A DNA stretch of 64,000 nucleotides. Origin: a virus (lineage: Duplodnaviria > Heunggongvirae > Uroviricota > Caudoviricetes). Position 1 is the stretch's first letter, and each line of letters begins with the position of its first letter. Both the position numbers and the translations under genes were made by a program. Positions 57,809-64,000 of this stretch are shown here, piece by piece. Location: positions 64,001 to 128,000 of the IMG/VR virus record IMGVR_UViG_3300010403_000021; one strand, given 5' to 3'. The notes under the pieces were generated by a model. It saw nothing but the letters and a program-made list of their open reading frames with translations. It was not told the DNA's origin and ran no database searches.

Positions 57809-58127
57809 TACGCTATCACTAGTTTCTAAAATTACAGAGATCAACGACCTTTCTAATTTTCTTAAAGATCCAGACTTCGATGAGGCTATGGACTTGGTTA
57901 TTAAATTAACGGTAAAGCCTTATATGGAACCAGAGAAAGCAAGACATTTAATTGTCAAACTTCAAGCTCTTAGCACAAAGTATGCGGTATTAGCTGTGAC
58001 CTACACAACTATTCTTAGAGATAAAGCTGGTACGGATAATAATCACAAAAAGAATATTTACTATACTCTTAAAGAAGCATTGGATAAATTAGTTGATGGA
58101 CTAAAATATCAGGCAAGGACGCTGTGA
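57801..58127 (+). CDS. Conserved helical hypothetical protein
   Basis: 'DPDFDEAM', 'KNIYYT', 'LKY'. Confidence 0.7.
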   Translation: MDDTLSLVSKITEINDLSNFLKDPDFDEAMDLVIKLTVKPYMEPEKARHLIVKLQALSTKYAVLAVTYTTILRDKAGTDNNHKKNIYYTLKEALDKLVDGLKYQARTL

Positions 58128-58128
58128 T

Positions 58129-58899
58129 ATGAGTCAGTTTGCAAATCTATGGTTTGACAAAACACCATATGGCTTAGAGAGCCTGGCCAAAATATTAGAT
58201 GCCAGTTATTCCGATGCAACAAATAAAAATGAGCATATTAAAAAAGAAAGATTCTCACCATCATCAGTTGGATATGGTTCTGGTAAATGTCCTAGAAGAT
58301 GGGTGCTTGCATTTAATGGTGCAGATTTTGTAGAAGAATACACTTCGAAATCAGTTGACAATATGTCTGCTGGTACTTCAGCACATGAAAGAATTCAAGC
58401 TAATTTCGGCAACAGTAAATTAGAAGTTGAAATTGAAAAAGAAATAAAGAATGACGATCCTCCCATTAGAGGGTTTGTCGATTTAATTATCAAGAATTAC
58501 AATGGACATAATATAGTTGTTGAAATTAAGACTACAAGAACTGAAGCATGGCGGTCAAGGATGGTAAAAAACGCGGGGCCAGAATATCAGGTTCTTCAGC
58601 TTTTAATCTATCTGTATATCCTTGATGAGAAATATGGAGTACTTCTATACGAAGATAAGAATGACCATCAGAAACTCTTGATCCCAGTCGAGATGACAGA
58701 TGCCAATAGAGATAAAGTAGAAGGTGTCTTTGATTGGATGAGAATAGTCTTTGCAGCGTATAAAGAAGGAAAGCTTCCAAAGAATCCTTTTAGATCAAAT
58801 TCTAAAATATGTAAAGAATGTCCAATTCAGAAATGGTGTTTCATTCAACCGGAAGGAGACACTGATATTCCAGTATTAAAATATGAAGACGAAGACTGA
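58129..58899 (+). CDS. Cas4-family / PD-(D/E)XK exonuclease
   Basis: 'CPRRW', 'GTSAHE', 'GFVD', 'EIKT', 'QL.IY', 'C..C...C' cluster. Confidence 0.85.
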   Translation: MSQFANLWFDKTPYGLESLAKILDASYSDATNKNEHIKKERFSPSSVGYGSGKCPRRWVLAFNGADFVEEYTSKSVDNMSAGTSAHERIQANFGNSKLEVEIEKEIKNDDPPIRGFVDLIIKNYNGHNIVVEIKTTRTEAWRSRMVKNAGPEYQVLQLLIYLYILDEKYGVLLYEDKNDHQKLLIPVEMTDANRDKVEGVFDWMRIVFAAYKEGKLPKNPFRSNSKICKECPIQKWCFIQPEGDTDIPVLKYEDED

Positions 58900-59194
58900 T
58901 TCAGAAATAATTTGTGTTTGGTGCGGCGAGAGTTTTATAAAACGCCGCCCAAATATGATCTATTGTAAAAAAGAATGCTGTAATGCAGCTACTAATAAAA
59001 AGCTTATAGAAAGATATCACGAAAATAAACAAAGGCGAAGAGAAATAAATAGAGTTTGTATTAAATGCGACTCTAGATTGTCAAGATATAATCAAGATGA
59101 TGTTTGTCATTCCTGTCAAATAAAAGAGACAGATAGTGAAAAAATTGATCTTTTGCGTAGCCTTGGATTTTCTTATGTGGATGAAAATGAATAA
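58883..59194 (+). CDS. Cys-rich zinc-binding protein
   Basis: CVWC, 'YCKKECC', CIKC, CHSC. Confidence 0.7.
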   Translation: MKTKTDSEIICVWCGESFIKRRPNMIYCKKECCNAATNKKLIERYHENKQRRREINRVCIKCDSRLSRYNQDDVCHSCQIKETDSEKIDLLRSLGFSYVDENE

Positions 59195-59723
59195 TAAATT
59201 TCCTACTATGGGACTAGACTGTTCAACTAACAGTCTAGCCTATTCGTTTGTCCATAATGGTAAGTTGTTAAAATATGGTGAGATATTCTTTAAAGGTAAT
59301 GATGTTTACCATCGAGCGTCTGATGCTCGTAAGAAAATTGAATCAATTAAACATGAATTTCAGATGTCTTCCATTGCTATAGAAAAGACTATTTTCGTTA
59401 GATCTATAGATACAGCTATAAAAATGGCATTTGTCGCTGGTACTGTAATTAGTTGTTTAATAGATGATAATATAAGTGTAGTTGAGATTAATCCACTTAG
59501 CTGGCAATCAGGTATAGGTAATCCTAATCTTACAACAAAGGAAAAGGCTGAGATTCAACGAGATTTTCCGGGGAAGAGTAAGAATTGGTACATGGCAAAA
59601 AACAGAGATATAAGAAAGAATAGAACAAGACAATGGGTAAGGAGTACGTTCAACATAGATATTGAATCGGATAATATAACAGATGCTATCGGTTTAGCAT
59701 TTTATGTTGACAATAAAAGATGA
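59187..59723 (+). CDS. RuvC-like Holliday junction resolvase
   Basis: 'MGLDCSTNSLAY', 'AIEK', 'WQSGIG', 'DNITDAIG'. Confidence 0.85.
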   Translation: MNNKFPTMGLDCSTNSLAYSFVHNGKLLKYGEIFFKGNDVYHRASDARKKIESIKHEFQMSSIAIEKTIFVRSIDTAIKMAFVAGTVISCLIDDNISVVEINPLSWQSGIGNPNLTTKEKAEIQRDFPGKSKNWYMAKNRDIRKNRTRQWVRSTFNIDIESDNITDAIGLAFYVDNKR

Positions 59724-59872
59724 AAAGAATAAAAATATATCAAAGCGAGGCATGGCTTAAAATGAATTTTCTTATAAAAGGCTATTCAATAAAAGAAATG
59801 GCAGCAATAGCTAGATGCTCTGAAAATACAATTAGAGATAATCTAAAAAAGCATGGTCTAATCAATGATTGA
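59720..59872 (+). pseudogene. Small HTH gene apparently split across frames by two single-base indels
   Basis: Frame A MKRIK, frame B IYQSEAWLK*, frame A again MNFLIKGYSIKEMAAIARCSENTIRDNLKKHGLIND; both switches fall in A-runs. Confidence 0.5.
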
Positions 59873-60584
59873 TTATGCAATTATAACAATAGATGATTCA
59901 AGGTTTTATAAGAAGGTTTGGATAAGACAGCGTTTCATTAGAACAAATGAAGCAAATATAGATTTTGTTAATGGAAAAGATCCAGTTGAACTTGGCAAAG
60001 CTAAACGTAAATGGCATGACGTAGAAACACCAGGACCGTTTAAAGCCGGTGAGTTTGGTATATTCTACTCAGTTCTTAACTGTCTTGAATATGGTGCCGA
60101 AAATGATGGTATTATATACTTTGAAGACGATGCCATGCCGTGTGCTGACTTTGAGCAACGTGCTCATGATTATTTAGCAGCCTTACCAGAACATGCCGAC
60201 TTATTAGCACTATGGTCACCAGCCAACCAGCAGGGTGATTACATGGCTGTCAGTGGCTATAATGATGGTGGAGAGCCAAGCTATGAACCACATCAAGGGT
60301 CTATCTTTGACTTTGGACATGATGAATTAACAGGATTATGGCAGGGGTATGGAAATGTAAGTATGGCATTTACCAAACAAGGTAGCCGTAAAGCATTGGA
60401 TTATATTAAGCGCAGAGGTTTCTTTTCACCTATTGATTGTCTGTTATGTATAGCATCTCATACAGGTGAATTGAATAGCTATGCGTTAAAGCCGGGTGTA
60501 AGAAATCTTATCGACTATGACTGGGAAGGCCCCACCACCATACATACCTCCAAATGGGGTAGCATCGAAGAGCTAACAAAATGA
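59865..60584 (+). CDS. Glycosyltransferase, GT25-like
   Basis: 'FVNG', 'KAGEFGIFYS', 'FEDDA', 'PIDC'. Confidence 0.8.
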   Translation: MIDYAIITIDDSRFYKKVWIRQRFIRTNEANIDFVNGKDPVELGKAKRKWHDVETPGPFKAGEFGIFYSVLNCLEYGAENDGIIYFEDDAMPCADFEQRAHDYLAALPEHADLLALWSPANQQGDYMAVSGYNDGGEPSYEPHQGSIFDFGHDELTGLWQGYGNVSMAFTKQGSRKALDYIKRRGFFSPIDCLLCIASHTGELNSYALKPGVRNLIDYDWEGPTTIHTSKWGSIEELTK

Positions 60585-61120
60585 AATGTAATTTTGAAGA
60601 GTGTGTTAATGATCAAAGAGCAAAGGGATTGTGTCCTGGGCATCTTAATCAATTATCAAAAGGAAAAGAATTAACAACTCTCAGAAAGGTAAGAGCCAAG
60701 GGTAGCACCTTGGAGAGAAATCAATCTGGAGATAAATTTTGTCCAAAATGTGAAGATTGGTTACCTGTCGATAACTTTTCTGAACATGCAAGCACTTCAG
60801 ATGGATTAAGAAATACTTGTAAAAAGTGTCATGCGTTGCATAAATATGGATTAAATGAAAACACTTATCAAAAATTATTTACTAATCAAAACGGTAAATG
60901 TGCTGTATGTGAAATTTCATTACAAGGTAAGAAAATATGCATAGATCATGATCATTCATGTTGTCCAGGTTGGAATACCTGTGGCAAATGTATAAGAGGT
61001 ATTCTATGCTATGGTTGCAATACAGCAGAAGGATTATTAAAATCAGACCCAGTTATCATATCTAAATTATTAGAATATGTTAAAACTAGGGGATCAATTG
61101 AGGAGTTAATAAATGAATGA
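60581..61120 (+). CDS. Endonuclease VII-type HNH endonuclease with N-terminal zinc knuckles
   Basis: 'C..EC...AKGLCPGH', 'QNGKCAVC', 'IDHDHSCC...CGKCIRGILC..CN'. Confidence 0.9.
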   Translation: MKCNFEECVNDQRAKGLCPGHLNQLSKGKELTTLRKVRAKGSTLERNQSGDKFCPKCEDWLPVDNFSEHASTSDGLRNTCKKCHALHKYGLNENTYQKLFTNQNGKCAVCEISLQGKKICIDHDHSCCPGWNTCGKCIRGILCYGCNTAEGLLKSDPVIISKLLEYVKTRGSIEELINE

Positions 61121-61802
61121 CATGGCAGTAATCGTTCCATCAAGGGGACGACCAGGAAATATAAAAAGATTATATAAGGCACTAAGTGACACTGAAGCAA
61201 AAGTAGATCTCATTGTTGGTGTTGACCAAGATGATCCATTTGTGGATGAATATACGGATATGGCAGATAAGATAGGAGATCTTATTGTTGTTGTTAGTAC
61301 CATCAGAAGAAGATTTGGTCCAACACTGAATATCATAGCTCAAAACTTTGTAAATTATTATAAGTATTTAGCATGGATGGGCGATGATCATCTTCCAATT
61401 ACAAAGCACTGGGATCAAAGATATAGAGAAGAGCTAGATAATGGCGCTGGTATTGTTTATGGTAATGATTTAGTTATGGGTGAATCAATTGCAACACAAC
61501 TGGCATTTACGCCAGATATTGTTAAAGCATTAGGGCGTGCATTGCCAGAAGATTTTATTCATCTATATATCGATAATTACTTTATGGCACTTGGTGAAAA
61601 GATCGGTGGATCAGTATACTTACCAGATGTTATTATTCAACATTTACATCCAGTTGCTGGCAAGGCAGAGCAAGATCTGACTTATACTGAAGCTAACTCT
61701 AAGGAGAATTGGTCAAATGATAAGAGAGTCTTTGAAGAGTATATAGTTCATGAATTGCCAAATGATGTAGAAAAGATTGAATATTACAGAGGTCAAAAGT
61801 GA
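61113..61802 (+). CDS. Glycosyltransferase, GT-A fold (GT2-like)
   Basis: 'VIVPSRGRP', 'D.DDP', 'MGDDH', 'HLYIDN', 'HLHP'. Confidence 0.85.
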   Translation: MNDMAVIVPSRGRPGNIKRLYKALSDTEAKVDLIVGVDQDDPFVDEYTDMADKIGDLIVVVSTIRRRFGPTLNIIAQNFVNYYKYLAWMGDDHLPITKHWDQRYREELDNGAGIVYGNDLVMGESIATQLAFTPDIVKALGRALPEDFIHLYIDNYFMALGEKIGGSVYLPDVIIQHLHPVAGKAEQDLTYTEANSKENWSNDKRVFEEYIVHELPNDVEKIEYYRGQK

Positions 61803-62425
61803 GAGATCTAGTAGAGGGTGAATATGCATTTTTTGACAGAACCACAGGTCAGCCACCATTCTTCTCAACACAAGAGTTTCACAATGATAGAGAGGCTGCA
61901 CCACATATTGAACAACATGGTATGCAAAGAGACAGACTTGTCTTAGCAGCAATGTTTGTGCAAGAATTATGTCTTAATAATCCAGAAATAAAAACCGTCG
62001 TAGATGTATGTTGCGGAGACGGAGGATTATTGCAATATCTATCACCTTTTCTAAAAGAACAAGGCATTGCCTTCTGGGGGTATGAATTTCAACCATCTAA
62101 TATAAAGGATGGTGTAAATAAACGCGGGGTGGATGTAAGATACGCTGATGTTGCTAATGAAGATATTGAACTAGGTGACCTTACAATTATGACTGAATGT
62201 CTTGAGCATTTTCATAAACCACATGAAATGGTTCAGAAGGTTGCTGAACAATCTAAGTATATTGTTGTCAGTGGTCCTAATGGAGAAGTCCCAGAAGCTC
62301 ATTATGAACTTCATACATGGGGCTGGAGCTGGCCAGCTTATGAGAATCTAATTCAACAAGCTGGATATAATGTTCTTCGACACGAAGAATCAAGTATCTT
62401 CCAAGTTATGTCCGGAAATCTGTGA
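61799..62425 (+). CDS. Class I SAM-dependent methyltransferase
   Basis: 'VVDVCCGDGGLL', 'YEFQ', 'TECLEH'. Confidence 0.85.
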   Translation: MRDLVEGEYAFFDRTTGQPPFFSTQEFHNDREAAPHIEQHGMQRDRLVLAAMFVQELCLNNPEIKTVVDVCCGDGGLLQYLSPFLKEQGIAFWGYEFQPSNIKDGVNKRGVDVRYADVANEDIELGDLTIMTECLEHFHKPHEMVQKVAEQSKYIVVSGPNGEVPEAHYELHTWGWSWPAYENLIQQAGYNVLRHEESSIFQVMSGNL

Positions 62426-62465
62426 AATAATAGTCATTCATATATAATATATGTGGGTGACTATT

Positions 62466-63374
62466 ATGATTAATGGAAAAGGAAAGAAAGCCTTAATAAC
62501 AGGCTCACATGGTTTTGTTGGTAGTAAGTTTTGTGAAAGACTATTTAATACAGGATGGGAAATTGCTCTAGTAGATATAGCAGATACACTTAATCCAATA
62601 GATGCAAGAGACTTCTTTAGATATGATAATACACATTATGACTTGGTTGTACATTTAGCGGCTGTGGTTGGTGGAAGAGTAACTATTGAAGGCGCACCAT
62701 TGAGTGTAGCTGTAGATCTAGCAATTGATTCAGAAGCATTTCAATGGGCGCTAAGAACCAAGCCAAAGCATTTTGTTTACTACTCAAGCTCAGCAGCATA
62801 TCCTATTGCATATCAAGAAGAATACGATGGTTTATTCAAGAATGATTGTAGATTAAAAGAAGACTATATCGATCTGGATGATATTTCTAATCCTGATCTT
62901 ACTTATGGTTGGTCAAAATTGACCGGTGAAATGCTGGCAAGACATGCTCAAAATGAGGGCATTAGGGTTCATGTATTTAGACCATTTTCAGGATATGGAA
63001 CAGAGCAAGCGCTTGGATATCCATTCCCTGACTTCCTTGATAGAGCTAGACGTAAAGTTCCGGTATTCGATATTTGGGGGACTGGTGAACAGACAAGAGA
63101 CTGGATTCATATTGACGATATTGTTAGTGCAACAATGGATGCAATAGAACAAGATGTTCAAGGGCCGGTTAATCTATGTTCAGGTATTCCAACCAATTTT
63201 AATGAGTTGGCGGATATGGTTACGGAAGCTGCTGGATACACTCCAGAGTTCAATCATATTTTATCTGCACCTAAAGGTGTTCATTATAGAGTAGGAGATC
63301 CAACTAAAATGAATACTTTCTATACTCCAAAAATCAGTATTGAAGAGGGTATTTATAGGGCTCTGCAAAATTGA
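62466..63374 (+). CDS. NAD-dependent NDP-sugar epimerase/dehydratase (extended SDR)
   Basis: 'ITGSHGFVG', 'HLAA.VGG', 'SSSAAY', catalytic 'YGWSK', 'RPFSGYG', 'RDWIHIDD'. Confidence 0.92.
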   Translation: MINGKGKKALITGSHGFVGSKFCERLFNTGWEIALVDIADTLNPIDARDFFRYDNTHYDLVVHLAAVVGGRVTIEGAPLSVAVDLAIDSEAFQWALRTKPKHFVYYSSSAAYPIAYQEEYDGLFKNDCRLKEDYIDLDDISNPDLTYGWSKLTGEMLARHAQNEGIRVHVFRPFSGYGTEQALGYPFPDFLDRARRKVPVFDIWGTGEQTRDWIHIDDIVSATMDAIEQDVQGPVNLCSGIPTNFNELADMVTEAAGYTPEFNHILSAPKGVHYRVGDPTKMNTFYTPKISIEEGIYRALQN

Positions 63375-63404
63375 TTGACATGTTGATTCACTCCTTGCTA
63401 TAAT
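63375..63404 (+). promoter_or_regulatory. Consensus sigmaA-type promoter
   Basis: TTGACA-18 nt-TATAAT with TG extension. Confidence 0.8.
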
Positions 63405-63429
63405 GTCGATAGCAAGGAGTGAATTATTT

Positions 63430-63606
63430 ATGCCTATTTATGAATATGGATGCATGAGATGTTTAACATTCAAAGAAATTAATGTTTCAATAGATCAAAG
63501 AGACAATGTAAAAGAATGCGATATATGCGGCGGTGTTAGATATAGAAAGATCAGTTTCACTGGATCGGTATATGCGCCAACTGCTACGAACGGCGGCATG
63601 AAATGA
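63430..63606 (+). CDS. FmdB-family zinc-ribbon protein
   Basis: 'MPIYEYGC..C...E...C..CGG'; AAGGAG RBS. Confidence 0.85.
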   Translation: MPIYEYGCMRCLTFKEINVSIDQRDNVKECDICGGVRYRKISFTGSVYAPTATNGGMK

Positions 63607-63896
63607 AAAAGAAAGATCAGCTATATGATTCGCCACCAGCTAGATGGTCAACAGATGTAAATAAGGCAGTCTTTTATGAATTAGATTTCAATGGTTTTAC
63701 AATGAAGCCAGGAACAAAATTTAAGATCAAAAGTGAACATACTATATTTATATTCGATTGTCTTGTTCATAACATAAGTAAAGATGTAACTTGGGTGGAA
63801 TGCCAAGAAGAAAAAGGTGGATTTAGGTCTTTTTATCCTAGTAAAATATCAAAGGTAATAACTCCTAAAGTAAGCTATAGGAGGAAAAATGTCTGA
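63603..63896 (+). CDS. Conserved hypothetical SH3-like protein
   Basis: 'PGTKFKIK.E...F.F', 'WVEC', 'RSFYP'. Confidence 0.65.
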   Translation: MKKKDQLYDSPPARWSTDVNKAVFYELDFNGFTMKPGTKFKIKSEHTIFIFDCLVHNISKDVTWVECQEEKGGFRSFYPSKISKVITPKVSYRRKNV

Positions 63897-64000
63897 TATG
63901 GAAAAAAGAGAAGCATCAGAAGCTGATGTAATGCGTTATTATGATGATCAGTCTGAAGTCGTTCTTTTGCATGTAAAAGGTTATACGGTAACGGATATCG
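63889..64000 (+). CDS. Partial CDS running off the window
   Basis: AGGAGG RBS, ATG 63889, open to end. Confidence 0.6.
   Translation, partial: MSDMEKREASEADVMRYYDDQSEVVLLHVKGYTVTDI

Noticed and set aside
58129-58899. Cas4-like gene as evidence of a CRISPR-Cas system
   Set aside because: No repeat-spacer array or other cas genes seen; stand-alone Cas4-family exonucleases are routine in phage recombination modules.
2033-62067. Many antisense or alternate-frame ORFs in the track (e.g. 2033-2410+, 14408-14737-, 20627-21067-, 48174-48686-, 56240-56827-)
   Set aside because: They shadow well-supported genes on the other strand or frame and have no RBS or recognisable motifs.
1-64000. Impression of frequent CCGG and scarce CAGCTG/CTGCAG/CTCGAG/GGATCC (restriction-site avoidance)
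   Set aside because: Cannot be counted reliably by eye; needs an observed/expected k-mer calculation.
1-64000. Prophage or integration module
   Set aside because: No integrase, att-like site, CI-type repressor or flanking host genes recognised.

Overview
This window is 64 kb of a large, AT-rich, probably lytic tailed (siphovirus-type) phage. Gene content and order resemble large actinobacteriophages (Streptomyces BE/BK-like, Rhodococcus CB-like); this is recognition from sequence, not a database result. Layout: (1) 1-1.4 kb, a sparse plus-strand island with a small ribbon-helix-helix gene; (2) 1.4-10.4 kb, about 30 tightly coupled small minus-strand genes including a HAD phosphatase, a DEDD exoribonuclease and thyX; (3) 10.37-10.94 kb, a divergent control region with sigmaA/HrdB-type promoters, GAA-triloop DNA hairpins and a candidate ~80-nt RNA; (4) GT4 glycosyltransferase, EndoVII HNH, class II RNR, GH25 endolysin and a stand-alone PAS protein; (5) head and tail genes (18-45.6 kb); (6) a metallophosphoesterase, a free-standing splicing-dead intein-like gene and a holin-like gene; (7) replication and recombination genes (DnaB, DnaG, SSB, DnaE, dUTPase, RecA, Cas4-like and RuvC-like nucleases); (8) a glycosyltransferase / methyltransferase / NDP-sugar epimerase cluster. 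I saw no terminase large subunit, integrase, tRNA or CRISPR array. The best candidates for novelty are the promoter-to-terminator small RNA with complementary loops, the adjacent DNA hairpins, the free-standing intein-like gene, the PAS gene beside the endolysin and the glycan-building genes.
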